DNA of 64,000 nucleotides from Patescibacteria group bacterium (GTDB lineage: Bacteria > Patescibacteriota > Minisyncoccia > Phycocordibacterales > Phycocordibacteraceae): the NCBI GenBank assembly GCA_040388985.1, contig JAZKAU010000001.1, positions 123,359 through 187,358 of the forward strand, given 5' to 3'. Position numbers and translations under genes: made by a program. Under the pieces are notes generated by a model, which saw nothing but the letters and a program-made list of their open reading frames with translations, made no database searches and had not been told where the DNA came from. Of this stretch, positions 18,630 to 28,511 are shown one piece after another (the first letter of the stretch is position 1; the number at the start of each line of letters is the position of its first letter).

Positions 18630-19064
18630 ATGGGTAAGAAACGAATCGTTAAGATGAGGGGCAAGGGCCTCGACCAGGGCCGCAAGGACCGTGCTCTTTC
18701 GAAGATCGCTAAGAAGCGTATCGATCGCGGCGTACTCCATGTTGAAGCTACCTTCAACAACACGAAGGCCGTCCTTACCGACGAGAAGGGAAATGCCATC
18801 ATGTCTTCCTCATCCGGAGCGCTCGGCTTCGCAGGAGCTCGCAAGTCGACTCCGTACGCAGCGGCTAAGGTCGGTGAGCTTCTCGGAGAGAAGGCGGCTA
18901 TCATCGGACTCAAGGAAGCTACCATCATCATCCGCGGTGTAGGTGCAGGTCGCGAATCCGTACTCCGCGCCTTCTCCGGCAAGGGCATCCAGATCCGCGC
19001 CATCAAGGATGCGACTCCGGTGCCGCATAACGGCCCGCGCCCGAAGAAGGCACGTCGCGTATAA
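18630..19064 (+). CDS. rpsK: 30S ribosomal protein S11
   Basis: ATFNNT, KSTPYAA and DATPVPHNGPRP. Confidence 0.97.
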   Translation: MGKKRIVKMRGKGLDQGRKDRALSKIAKKRIDRGVLHVEATFNNTKAVLTDEKGNAIMSSSSGALGFAGARKSTPYAAAKVGELLGEKAAIIGLKEATIIIRGVGAGRESVLRAFSGKGIQIRAIKDATPVPHNGPRPKKARRV

Positions 19065-19094
19065 CGTTGCTGCTGTAATTCCACTACTTATTTT

Positions 19095-19715
19095 ATGAAA
19101 ATCGGACCAAAGTATAAGATCGCCCGCCGTCTCGGCCCCTCGGTATTCGAGAAGACCCAGACCCAGAAGTTCGCGCTTTCCCAGGAGCGCCGCGGGATGA
19201 AGCCGCGCGGTCGCGGTCGCGGACCGACCGAATACGGCAAACAGCTCCTCGAGAAGCAGAAAGTGCGCATGACCTACGGCCTCACCGAGCGCCAGTTCAG
19301 CAAGTACGTCGCGCAAGCTATGAAGACGCACGCGACTGCGGAGCTGACGCCGACTGATGTACTCCATCGCGCACTCGAGCTCCGTCTCGATAACGTCGTC
19401 TACCGCATGGGTCTCGCCCCGACCCGTCAGGCAGCGCGCCAGATGGTCTCTCACGGCCACATTACGGTGAACGGCCGCAAGACGACCGTCCCGTCGCGTC
19501 ACGTGAGCCTTACCGAGAAGATCGGCGTGCGCGAGGGAAGCAAGAAGAGCGTGCTCTTCGAGAATTTCGGCGAGCGTTTTGCGGAGCGTTCTCTTCCGTC
19601 ATGGCTTACGTGGAATCCGAAGTCCATGGAGGGAGGCGTAGCGAACATGCCGTCAGAGGAGGCAGCGACTCCTGCGGGAGACCTCTCCGTCGTGCTCTCG
19701 TTCTACAGCCGGTAG
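19095..19715 (+). CDS. rpsD: 30S ribosomal protein S4
   Basis: YGKQLLEKQK, LELRLDNVVYR and ARQMVSHGHI. Confidence 0.97.
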   Translation: MKIGPKYKIARRLGPSVFEKTQTQKFALSQERRGMKPRGRGRGPTEYGKQLLEKQKVRMTYGLTERQFSKYVAQAMKTHATAELTPTDVLHRALELRLDNVVYRMGLAPTRQAARQMVSHGHITVNGRKTTVPSRHVSLTEKIGVREGSKKSVLFENFGERFAERSLPSWLTWNPKSMEGGVANMPSEEAATPAGDLSVVLSFYSR

Positions 19716-19841
19716 TGCCAGGCATAAGGGCCTAATCTGCTTTGTTGCAGAACCCGAAATTTCTTCCACCGTACGACCCAGTACGTTTCCAGAAATTCCG
19801 AGCTCTGCGCCTCGCATCTCAGACCCTTATGCCTGGCACTA
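19713..19841 (-). repeat. Palindromic element family A, copy 3
   Basis: Perfect 18 bp terminal IR tagtgccaggcataaggg/cccttatgcctggcacta. The minus strand reads agatgcgaggcg...cgtac-tgggtc-gtacg...caacaaagcagat. Confidence 0.85.
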
Positions 19842-19888
19842 GAGGCCACGAGTTTATATTATTAAATCTAGTTGAATACGATTGAGTT

Positions 19889-20842
19889 ATGGACCACCAG
19901 ATCACCCTTCCGTCAAAGCCACGCGTCGTCTCCGAAGAGGGGATGCAGGGCATCTATGAGATAGACTCGCTCTATCCGGGCTACGGCCACACGCTTGGAA
20001 ACTCGCTGCGACGCATCATCCTTTCCTCGCTCCCAGGAGCAAGCATCACCTCGGTGAAGATCGAGGATGTATCGCACGAATTCGCTACTATCGAGGGCAT
20101 CCGCGAATCGGTCATGGAGATCCTCCTTAACCTTAAGCGCGTACATTTCACGCTGCATGGCGACGAGGCACAGACTATCCGCCTATCCGTTAAGGGCCCA
20201 CAGCAGGTAACCGCAGCTAACTTCAGCCTTCCGACTCAGGTCGAGATAGCTAACCCTGACGCGCACGTCGCCGACATCACCGGCAAGGCATCGTTCGAAC
20301 TCGAAGCGACCATCGAACGCGGACTTGGCTACGTGCCACGGGAAGTCCTCACGAAGGACAAGGTAGACATCGGCACTATCGCGCTCGACGCGACTTTCAC
20401 CCCTATCCGCCGCGCTAACTACGAGGTGGAGAACATGCGCGTGGGCGATCGTACAGACTTCAATCGCCTGCGCATCCTCATCGAGACGAACGGCACTATC
20501 GCTCCGCGCGAAGCGCTCGAGCGCTCTATCGAGATAATGATCCACCAGCTAAAGTCCATCGTAGGCTTCCAGGAAGAAGTCGAGGCTCCGCAGCTTGGAG
20601 GAAACAGCGCAAGCGCTGAATCCGCAGCAGGAGGCAAGGACGCGTCGAAGGTTAAGGTCGAGGAGCTGGGTCTCAGCGCCCGCATCACGAGCGCGCTTAC
20701 CGACGCCGGCATCAAGTCGGTCGCCGGACTCGTCAAGAAGAGCGCGAGCGCGCTCAAGGAGCTTGATGGCGTCGGCGACAAGGCCGTAGCCGAGATCAGC
20801 GAGGCTCTCGGCACGCTCGGCCTCGAGCTTAAGGGCGAATAA
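19889..20842 (+). CDS. rpoA: RNA polymerase alpha subunit
   Basis: GYGHTLGNSLRRIILSSLPG and an alpha-CTD. Confidence 0.98.
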   Translation: MDHQITLPSKPRVVSEEGMQGIYEIDSLYPGYGHTLGNSLRRIILSSLPGASITSVKIEDVSHEFATIEGIRESVMEILLNLKRVHFTLHGDEAQTIRLSVKGPQQVTAANFSLPTQVEIANPDAHVADITGKASFELEATIERGLGYVPREVLTKDKVDIGTIALDATFTPIRRANYEVENMRVGDRTDFNRLRILIETNGTIAPREALERSIEIMIHQLKSIVGFQEEVEAPQLGGNSASAESAAGGKDASKVKVEELGLSARITSALTDAGIKSVAGLVKKSASALKELDGVGDKAVAEISEALGTLGLELKGE

Positions 20843-20888
20843 GCTCAAGCTTGGACGTAATCACTAAGTAGTGTTAAAGTAGGAAGGT

Positions 20889-21242
20889 ATGCGACATCAG
20901 CACAAGGGACGATCGTTCGGACGGCCAAAGAATCAGCGCATAGCGCTGATGCGGTCGCTTGCTCGCTCCCTTATCATCCACGAGGGCATCGCCACCACCG
21001 AGGCTAAGGCTAAGGAGCTTCGTCCATTCATTGAGAAGCTTATTTCTCATGGACGCAACGACACGGTGGCTAATCGCCGCCTGGTCGCGAGCCGTCTCGG
21101 CAACGAGGACGCGCTCGTGAAGAAGGTCTTCACCTCTATCGCGCCTCGCTACGCGAGCCGCCCGGGAGGCTATACCCGCATCGTGAAGCGCGCGCCGAAC
21201 GCCGTGAACGCTCGGGACAACGCCTATATCGCCTTCGTCTAG
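20889..21242 (+). CDS. rplQ: 50S ribosomal protein L17
   Basis: MRH...TTEAKAKELR...RPGGYTRI. Confidence 0.97.
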   Translation: MRHQHKGRSFGRPKNQRIALMRSLARSLIIHEGIATTEAKAKELRPFIEKLISHGRNDTVANRRLVASRLGNEDALVKKVFTSIAPRYASRPGGYTRIVKRAPNAVNARDNAYIAFV

Positions 21243-21253
21243 CTACTTCCACC

Positions 21254-21664
21254 ATGACCGCCATGAAATCAATCGCACAGAAAGTAAGCGCGCAGCGCAC
21301 CCTTCAGGGAGTGGACACCGTGTCCTATACCATCGACGCTTCCGGCCGTACGCTCGGCCGCGTCGCGAGCGACGCTGCAAGCGCGCTGCTCGGCAAGAAG
21401 TCGGCACAATACGTGAAGAACTTCGTCATTCCGACCGAAGTGACCATCACGAATGCCTCGAAGCTCTCTATCAGCGAGCGCCGCATGGCTGGAAAGGAGT
21501 ACGTCCGCTACACCGGATACCCCGGGGGCCTGCGAAAGACGAGCATGTCGCTCCTCAAGGACAAGAAGGGAATCGAGGAGGTGTTGCGTAAGGCCGTCGA
21601 CGGTATGATCCCGCGCAACAAGCTGCGCAAGGAGCGCATGAAGCGGCTCACCATCACCGCATAG
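21254..21664 (+). CDS. rplM: 50S ribosomal protein L13
   Basis: IDASGRTLGRVAS, YTGYPGGL and AVDGMIPRN. Confidence 0.95.
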   Translation: MTAMKSIAQKVSAQRTLQGVDTVSYTIDASGRTLGRVASDAASALLGKKSAQYVKNFVIPTEVTITNASKLSISERRMAGKEYVRYTGYPGGLRKTSMSLLKDKKGIEEVLRKAVDGMIPRNKLRKERMKRLTITA

Positions 21665-21684
21665 TTTTATCATTCTTTACCTGT

Positions 21685-22089
21685 ATGCCTGAAACACCTA
21701 TCCGCTATACCCTGGCCGTCGGCCGCCGCAAGACCGCTACCGCGCGCGTTAAGCTCACGCCCGCAGCTGAGACCAGTATCGTGATAAACGGCCTGCCTGG
21801 CGAGGAGTATTTCAAGACCAAGGAGCGTCGCTCTATCCCTCTTGATCCGCTCGGTCTTGAAGAAGTGACCGGCACTTTCGCTATCGAAGCCAAGGTGAAC
21901 GGAGGAGGCGTCAACGCTCAGGCAGAAGCGATTCGCATGGGTGTCGCTCGCGCAGTCACGCTTACCGACGCGAATCTCCGCACCCCGCTCAAGGTCGCAG
22001 GATTCCTGAAGCGCGACCCGCGCGCAGTCGAGCGCAAGAAGCCGGGACTTCGGAAGGCGAGAAAGAGTCCGCAGTGGAGTAAGCGATAA
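21685..22089 (+). CDS. rpsI: 30S ribosomal protein S9
   Basis: GRRKTATARV...ERKKPGLRKARKSPQWSKR. Confidence 0.97.
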   Translation: MPETPIRYTLAVGRRKTATARVKLTPAAETSIVINGLPGEEYFKTKERRSIPLDPLGLEEVTGTFAIEAKVNGGGVNAQAEAIRMGVARAVTLTDANLRTPLKVAGFLKRDPRAVERKKPGLRKARKSPQWSKR

Positions 22090-22099
22090 CGCTACGCTC

Positions 22100-22255
22100 G
22101 CACAGTCCGTGCGGAAGAGCAGAAAAAGCCCCAGCGGGGCTTTTTCTTATGCTTCAGCGCGCGACTTTGACATAGCCACTTCGCGGACTCGCGGCGCAGA
22201 GCCGATGCCAAAGACCATGCTCGCGCACCTACGCAACTCTTCCGTACGGCTGTGC
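22100..22255. repeat. IR-bounded element enclosing the r-protein operon terminator
   Basis: gcacagtccgtgcggaagag (22100-22119) pairs with ctcttccgtacggctgtgc (22237-22255). The terminator agaaaaagcccc-agc-ggggctttttct lies at 22121-22147. Confidence 0.7.
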
Positions 22256-22346
22256 TCACTCCGACGATGGTCCGGAAAAGCTTAAGGTTATGAGTCTGCA
22301 CAACGACATACATTCTTTGAGAGATTTCTTGCTACACTGAGGGCAT

Positions 22347-22664
22347 ATGAAACTTCATCCGATGGTAGCGGGGGTTATCAATGCGGTTCTTCCGGGACTC
22401 GGATACGTGCTGCTGAAAGAGCGTGTGGTATTCGGCTGGCTCATGCTCGTAGGTACCATTCTTTATGGCATCGTACTGTTCACTGATCCGTCATCAGTAT
22501 TTGATACGCTGTTACTGGCGACCTCACCGCTCGGCAAAGTGATGGAAGCGTTGTCATACATACTGATAACGCTTGCCTTCGCGTATGACGCATACAGCAT
22601 CGCTGCTGGGAGGCATACGATTACCGTAGCCCTGCCACCATTACCAACCGTTCCAAGAGCCTAA
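22347..22664 (+). CDS. Small hypothetical membrane protein
   Basis: Three hydrophobic segments, PGLGY motif, and TACACT 8 nt before the ATG. Confidence 0.7.
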   Translation: MKLHPMVAGVINAVLPGLGYVLLKERVVFGWLMLVGTILYGIVLFTDPSSVFDTLLLATSPLGKVMEALSYILITLAFAYDAYSIAAGRHTITVALPPLPTVPRA

Positions 22665-22676
22665 TTTCTAACTCAT

Positions 22677-23072
22677 ATGAAAGGATTTGTAAGCAACATC
22701 GAAGAGGATTCGCTCCAGAATGATAATTTCCGTGAGGTGCTCTATACGGGCACGTACATGCAGCTCGTGGTCATGAGTATCAATCCTGGCGAGGAGATCG
22801 GAGAAGAGGTACATGGCCAGGATCAGTTCATCCGCGTCGAGGAAGGAGAAGGGAAGGCGGTACTCGACGGCAAGGAGCACGAGCTATCCGACGGCTTCGC
22901 TGTCGTCGTCCCGGCAGGAACCAAGCACAACATCATAAACACCGGCACCGACTCCCTCAAGCTCTATACCATATATGCCGCACCGCACCATAAGGACGGC
23001 GTCATTCACAAGACCAAGGCAGCGGCCGAAAAAGATAAGACTGACGAGTTTCTTGGCGATACGACCGAATAG
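22677..23072 (+). CDS. Cupin domain protein (mannose-6-phosphate isomerase-like)
   Basis: QLVVMSI.PGEEIGEEVH...VVPAGTKHNIIN...LKLYTIY. Confidence 0.9.
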   Translation: MKGFVSNIEEDSLQNDNFREVLYTGTYMQLVVMSINPGEEIGEEVHGQDQFIRVEEGEGKAVLDGKEHELSDGFAVVVPAGTKHNIINTGTDSLKLYTIYAAPHHKDGVIHKTKAAAEKDKTDEFLGDTTE

Positions 23073-23139
23073 GCCTCCGTGCACTTTTCAGGCAGGAGGT
23101 ATACCATGACCTATGTTCTGAATCGATTGGAGGTCTTTC

Positions 23140-23292
23140 ATGCAACGTGAAAAGCAATGGAGCTACGAGCTGCCGCTGGATCTTGGTGAAAAGTTCCGCG
23201 AACAGACGGCTCGGCTCCGGATGAGCGAAGAAGCGGCCATGGGGAAGGCGCTCGAGCTGCTCAGCAAGTGGAATGTAGATGAGCCTGGATGA
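23140..23292 (+). CDS. 50 aa possible ribbon-helix-helix protein (not in the ORF track)
   Basis: SD ggagg; MQREKQWSYELPLDLGEKFREQTARLRMSEEAAMGKALELLSKWNVDEPG; hairpins downstream. Confidence 0.5.
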   Translation: MQREKQWSYELPLDLGEKFREQTARLRMSEEAAMGKALELLSKWNVDEPG

Positions 23293-23421
23293 AGGCTTTC
23301 GCTCGCCACCGGCCAGTGGCGCCAGACTTGAGAGAAAGAGGCGGAGAGCGAGCGTCCAGGACGCTCGCTTCTTCTTTGCAGCTTTTGACTCCAGGTCTTT
23401 ATTCGGGCACAATCTGGCTAT

Positions 23422-23970
23422 ATGGATGACGACGTAATCATTGAGCGCGACGGACGTGAAGAAGACGGGGCGAGCGAGGAAGATATCGAGGCGACCGAGG
23501 CACGCGCCGATACGAAGGTATCCAAAGTAAAGAAGGACCTTGATACCTGCAAGAAGGAGAAACAGGAATATCTCGACGGCTGGCAGCGCGCTAAGGCTGA
23601 CTATGTAAATGCGCTGAAGCGTTTTGAGGAAGAGAAGAAAGGTGCGATGGACCGGGGCTCACTCAAGGCTGCCTCAGCCTTCCTGCCCGCTATCGACTCA
23701 CTCGAGCGCGCAGAAGGCGCGGGTGGCGTTCCCGAAGGATTCCAAGGCATCGCCAAGCAGCTCCACGAAGCCGTGACGAGCCTCGGACTCGTGCGCTTCG
23801 GGCAGTCAGGCGAGCCGTTCGATCCTATGCACCACGAAGCACTTGGCCAGGACGAGACTCCTGATCTCACGCTTGATGACACGGTATCCGCCGTCCTCGA
23901 GCAGGGCTGGAAGCTCCATGATACGATCGTACGCCCTGCAAAAGTGCGCGTCGCGCAGTTCGCTGCGTAG
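23422..23970 (+). CDS. grpE: Nucleotide exchange factor GrpE
   Basis: WQRAKADYVN, FDPMHHEA and IVRPAKVRV. Confidence 0.95.
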   Translation: MDDDVIIERDGREEDGASEEDIEATEARADTKVSKVKKDLDTCKKEKQEYLDGWQRAKADYVNALKRFEEEKKGAMDRGSLKAASAFLPAIDSLERAEGAGGVPEGFQGIAKQLHEAVTSLGLVRFGQSGEPFDPMHHEALGQDETPDLTLDDTVSAVLEQGWKLHDTIVRPAKVRVAQFAA

Positions 23971-24039
23971 CGACTAAGGATAGAGAAAACAAGAGACCGC
24001 CGCACCACGAAGGAGCTTTGGTCCTTGTCGGTGCGGCGG

Positions 24040-24429
24040 TCAGGCCACTTCAACACATTGTTTCTGACGCCCTCGGATCCTGCCGATGCAGAGCGTGATG
24101 ACGACAGCCACCGCGCTCATCGGAATGATCAAAGCGAACGCCAGCTGTGTCCGGCCATCCCACTGCGGAGAAGCGAGTCCTGCCATGGTCGCCGAAGCGA
24201 ACGGGCAGAGAGCGATGGCGGAGCCGATGAAGCCGATGTCCCGCCAGAGGCATGTCAGGCGATTCATTTCCGCGACGCGCGACCTAGTCCAGATCCTCGT
24301 GGGGTGCTTCGCACGCGGGCCGATGACCTCGAAGTTATACAGGAAGCTCATGCTGAAGCCGACGATGGCTCCGAGCGCGCCGATAGCGGCGCATGCGATC
24401 GGAACTAATCCGAATGATTCGATACTCAT
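24040..24429 (-). CDS. Orphan three-TM membrane protein (cassette between grpE and dnaK)
   Basis: Hydrophobic segments; own minus-strand promoter TTGACA (24529-24534)-17-TACTCT. Confidence 0.6.
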   Translation of the reverse strand: MSIESFGLVPIACAAIGALGAIVGFSMSFLYNFEVIGPRAKHPTRIWTRSRVAEMNRLTCLWRDIGFIGSAIALCPFASATMAGLASPQWDGRTQLAFALIIPMSAVAVVITLCIGRIRGRQKQCVEVA

Positions 24430-24685
24430 GGCTACACAGATCCTTTGGGTCAGAAACGATTGGGAAATATCATATTCCGGGCTAAAGCGCGGAATATCTG
24501 TATATAGAGTAGCATATTTGACACATACTGTCAAATAAGTCCTATGCACGGATCGATACGAATACGACAAGACACTTGAATACATTCTGCAGAGGAGTAA
24601 AATGGTCTCACAGGGGCGCAACGGGAGATTTTCAATCGGTGAGCAACTCTTGTACGCATTAATCTAATTAGTAATTCGATATCAT

Positions 24686-26599
24686 ATGGCAAAGATACTT
24701 GGAATCGATCTGGGCACCACGAACTCCGCCATGGCTATCATGGAGGGCGGCGAGCCGCGTATCATCGAGAACGCAGAAGGAGCACGCACGACTCCTTCCA
24801 TCGTCGCAATCGCGAAGAACGGGGAACGCCTCGTCGGAACCCTCGCAAAGCGCCAGGCGGTGACGAATCCGAAGAACACCATCTACGGCATAAAGCGCTT
24901 CATGGGTCACCGCTTCGAGGACGACGTAGTGAAGAAGGATAAGGATGTCGTTCCTTATGAGATAAAGGCCGGACCTGACGGCGGCGTGCAGGTGCATCTG
25001 GGAGACAAGGACTACCGCCCTGAGGAGATTTCCGCCATGATCCTCACGAAGCTCAAGACTGACGCGGAAGCGAAGCTCGGCGAGAAGATCACGGAGGCGG
25101 TCATCACGGTCCCTGCATATTTCGACGACGCACAGCGCAACGCCACCAAGGCTGCAGGAGAGGTCGCGGGTCTCAAAGTCCTGCGCATCATCAACGAGCC
25201 TACCGCAGCCGCGCTAGCTTACGGCTTCAATAAGAAGAAGGATGAGAAGATCGTCGTCTATGACTTCGGAGGAGGAACCTTCGACGTCTCGGTACTCGAA
25301 GTGGGCGATGACGTCATCGAGGTGAAGTCCACCGACGGCGACAGCCACATGGGCGGCCGCGACATCGATACTAAGATCGTCCGCTGGATCGCTGACGAAT
25401 ATAAGAAGGAGAGCGGCATCGATGTCACCAAGGATGCGCTCGCGCTTCAGCGTCTTGATGAGGCAGCTGAGAAGGCCAAGCACGAGCTCTCGAACTCGAG
25501 CGAGACGGAGATCAATATTCCGTTCATCACCAGCACGGCCGATGGACCACAACACCTCCTCCTCAAGCTCTCACGCGCGACTCTCGAACAGCTTGCGAGC
25601 GAATATGTGAGCCGCTCCATAGACATCGTGAAGCGTGCGCTTGAGGCGGCAGGCATGAAGCCATCTGATATCAACGAGGTCATCATGGTCGGCGGCCAGA
25701 CCCGTATGCCGCTCATCCAGGAGGAAGTGAAGAAAGTGTTCGGCAAGGACCTGCACATGGGCGTGAATCCCGACGAAGTGGTCGCCATCGGCGCTGCTAT
25801 CCAGGCAGGTATCCTCCAGGGTGACGTGAAGGATATCCTGCTTGTCGACGTCATCCCGCTCTCGCTCTCTATCGAGACCATGGGCGGCGTCGCGACCAAG
25901 CTCATCGAGCGCAATACTGCTGTTCCGACCTCTCGTAGCCAGACGTTCTCGACAGCTAGCGACAATCAGACCAGCGTCGAGATCCATGTCGTGCAAGGCG
26001 AGCGCGCCATGGCAGCCGACAACAAGTCTCTCGGCAAATTCAACCTCGACGGCATCCCGCCAGCTCCTCGCGGCATGCCGCAGGTCGAAGTATCGTTCGA
26101 TCTCGATACCAACGGCATCCTCACCGTGAAAGCCACCGAGAAGACGAGCGGCAAGGAGCAGTCCATCCGTATCGAAGGATCGACCGGACTCTCACAAGCG
26201 GACATCGACAAGATGAAGGCTGACGCTGAAGCACACGCCAGTGAAGACGAGAAGCGCAAGGAAGCGGTCGAAGCCAAGAACATGGCCGAGCAGCTCATCT
26301 ACACCGCAGAGAAGGCGATAAAGGATGCGGGCGATAAGGCACCCGCTGACGTCGTGACCGAAGTGAACGAGAAGGTAGCTGCGCTCCGCACTGCGCGTAA
26401 GGGCGACGACCTCGACACCATCAAGTCAGCTTCCGAAGCTCTTTCGACCTCGCTCTCGAAGATCGGGGAAGCCATGATGAAGGATCAGCAGGATGGTGCA
26501 GGTGCCAAAGACGCCGCTTCCGAGGGTGGACAGAAGACGCCTGAAGGAACAACGGACGCTGAGTTTACGGAAAAGCCTGAAGACGGTACTGCGCAGTAA
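24686..26599 (+). CDS. dnaK: Chaperone DnaK
   Basis: [15 protein letters not shown] and [10 protein letters not shown]. Confidence 0.99.
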   Translation: MAKILGIDLGTTNSAMAIMEGGEPRIIENAEGARTTPSIVAIAKNGERLVGTLAKRQAVTNPKNTIYGIKRFMGHRFEDDVVKKDKDVVPYEIKAGPDGGVQVHLGDKDYRPEEISAMILTKLKTDAEAKLGEKITEAVITVPAYFDDAQRNATKAAGEVAGLKVLRIINEPTAAALAYGFNKKKDEKIVVYDFGGGTFDVSVLEVGDDVIEVKSTDGDSHMGGRDIDTKIVRWIADEYKKESGIDVTKDALALQRLDEAAEKAKHELSNSSETEINIPFITSTADGPQHLLLKLSRATLEQLASEYVSRSIDIVKRALEAAGMKPSDINEVIMVGGQTRMPLIQEEVKKVFGKDLHMGVNPDEVVAIGAAIQAGILQGDVKDILLVDVIPLSLSIETMGGVATKLIERNTAVPTSRSQTFSTASDNQTSVEIHVVQGERAMAADNKSLGKFNLDGIPPAPRGMPQVEVSFDLDTNGILTVKATEKTSGKEQSIRIEGSTGLSQADIDKMKADAEAHASEDEKRKEAVEAKNMAEQLIYTAEKAIKDAGDKAPADVVTEVNEKVAALRTARKGDDLDTIKSASEALSTSLSKIGEAMMKDQQDGAGAKDAASEGGQKTPEGTTDAEFTEKPEDGTAQ

Positions 26600-26618
26600 C
26601 CAGGTTTCAACAGGAGCA

Positions 26619-26657
26619 GTCAAGCCCCGTAGAAGCATTGCTTCTACGGGGCTTGAC
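26619..26657 (+). terminator. dnaK terminator-like hairpin overlapping the -35 of the next cassette
   Basis: gtcaagccccgtagaagca-t-tgcttctacggggcttgac. Confidence 0.7.
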
Positions 26658-26680
26658 ATATCAATTTAACAATATATAAT
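26653..26680 (+). promoter_or_regulatory. Consensus sigma70 promoter
   Basis: TTGACA-16 nt-TATAAT. Confidence 0.75.
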
Positions 26681-26746
26681 TAACCCCACGTGATTCGATT
26701 ATTCTGATCTTTTTCAACTCTAGACTGGCTCGGAGGGCCTCACTCG

Positions 26747-26953
26747 ATGAAGCGACTACTACTCAGCCTTGCTGCCGGCGCTCTGATATGGGTGGTCGAG
26801 ACGGCACTCGGTGGTTCCAGTACCATCATGCCGCTCCCTGCTTACTTCCGGGAGTTGGGGTGGACGGCGCCCATCTTCATCCCCCCTTTCACCTACTGCA
26901 TCTTTCGACTGCTCAAGAAGCAGCCGGGCGGCAAGAAGTACTGGTGGAATTGA
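26747..26953 (+). CDS. Small orphan two-TM protein (cassette between dnaK and dnaJ)
   Basis: SD ggagg, two hydrophobic helices, a basic tail, and a downstream hairpin. Confidence 0.6.
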   Translation: MKRLLLSLAAGALIWVVETALGGSSTIMPLPAYFRELGWTAPIFIPPFTYCIFRLLKKQPGGKKYWWN

Positions 26954-27062
26954 GCAACATCAAGGGCGGCACGGACACGACATCCGGAGCCGCCCTTTGC
27001 AATTTCATACGATCTGCACCTTTTGCATGGCAAAACTAATAGGCGTATAGTACAGAAAAGCT

Positions 27063-28139
27063 ATGGCAAAGAACTACTACGAGATCCTGGGACTCGACAA
27101 GAAGGCGACGAAAGAGGACGTGAAGAAGGCGTTCCGTAAGCTTGCGCAGAAGCATCATCCTGACAAAGGAGGCGACGAAGCGAGATTCAAAGAGATAACG
27201 GAGGCGTACAGCACGCTCTCCGACGAGAAGAAACGGAAGGAGTATGACAACTATGGCCAGACGTTCGCAGGAGGCGGACCACAGGGGCAAGGCGGAAATC
27301 CGTTCGGCGGCTTCGACTTCAGCGGATTCCAGAACGGCGGTGTCGAATTCGATATATCTGACCTGTTCGGCGGCGGCTTTGGCGACATCTTCGGAGGACG
27401 CGGCGGCTCTCGCGTACAGCGCGGGCGCGATATTTCCATAGACATCGAAGTATCCTTCAAGGAGGCGATACTGGGCGGCAAGCGCGAAGTGCTTATCACG
27501 AAAGTCGGCAAGTGCGATGTCTGCAAGGGTGACGGCGCGAAGCCTGGAACGGAGCTCGAGACCTGCAAGACCTGCAACGGTGCGGGCAAGGTCCACGAGA
27601 CGCGCGACTCTATTCTCGGCGCGTTCTCAAGCGTGCGCACGTGCCCGACCTGCGACGGCAGCGGTAAGATCCCGAAGGAAGCCTGCGACGCTTGTAAGGG
27701 GCGCGGCGTCCTGCGTAAGCAGGAAGAGATAAAGGTGAATATTCCTGCCGGTATCGACGGAGGAGAGATGATCCGCATGCCAGGGCTGGGCGAGGCGGTG
27801 AAGGGAGGCGTATCCGGAGATCTCTATGTAAAGGTTCACGTGAAGCCGCATCCGGTCTTCCGCAAGGACGGTCTCAATCTTGTCATGCAGGCACCCCTCA
27901 AGCTCACCGATGCGCTCCTCGGTACGACCATCTCCGTCACCACCATCGACGACAAAACGCTCGACGTGAAAGTGCCCCCTATGAGCGCGACCGAAGAGAC
28001 GCTCCGTATCCGCGGCAGGGGCGTGGCAAGCGATCACGGCCATGGCGATCTGCTCATCCGCCTTTCCGCGACCCTTCCGAAAAAACTCTCAGGCAAGGCA
28101 AGAAAGGCTATAGAGGAGCTCAGGACAGAAGGTTTCTAG
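27063..28139 (+). CDS. dnaJ: Chaperone DnaJ
   Basis: J domain HPD, G/F region, and four CxxCxGxG repeats. Confidence 0.98.
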   Translation: MAKNYYEILGLDKKATKEDVKKAFRKLAQKHHPDKGGDEARFKEITEAYSTLSDEKKRKEYDNYGQTFAGGGPQGQGGNPFGGFDFSGFQNGGVEFDISDLFGGGFGDIFGGRGGSRVQRGRDISIDIEVSFKEAILGGKREVLITKVGKCDVCKGDGAKPGTELETCKTCNGAGKVHETRDSILGAFSSVRTCPTCDGSGKIPKEACDACKGRGVLRKQEEIKVNIPAGIDGGEMIRMPGLGEAVKGGVSGDLYVKVHVKPHPVFRKDGLNLVMQAPLKLTDALLGTTISVTTIDDKTLDVKVPPMSATEETLRIRGRGVASDHGHGDLLIRLSATLPKKLSGKARKAIEELRTEGF

Positions 28140-28195
28140 AAGAGAAGCCGGACATATTACTTGATGTTCGAGAACAATAGGGCATACTATTTGTG

Positions 28196-28412
28196 ACCGA
28201 AGAGAAGGGGACACGCGATGCTGAGAGTGTTTAGGAGACGTCATATCAGTACGTGGCGCCTTGTTTTCGAATCCAAATACGGAAGACGGTATTGGATCCG
28301 TAAACGATTGAAGGCAGGACCTAAGGCGGTGCACTTGCTTGATGGCTAAGCGCCGCTCTGTGCCCGCGGTCGATATCATGGCGACGCAGCTTTGTCTGCG
28401 TCGTTCCTTTTT
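28196..28412 (+). ncRNA. Candidate rod-shaped ncRNA (possibly 6S-like)
   Basis: Promoter TTGATG (28161)/TACTAT (28185); nested pairings gtgtttag/ctaagcgc, cgtca/tgatg, cgcctt/aaggcg and atccaaatac/gtattggat; terminator at 28381-28412. Confidence 0.45.
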
Positions 28413-28511
28413 GAAGTTAGGATATATTGCCCAAGCAGTATCGGCTGTCTTCGTGCCCAATCCACTGACTCGCTTTGCTCCTACGTGCATTGGGGCGCAT
28501 ACTAGTACTAT

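Noticed and set aside
23293-24685. CIRCE operator upstream of grpE or dnaK
   Set aside because: No TTAGCACTC-N9-GAGTGCTAA match was found by eye.
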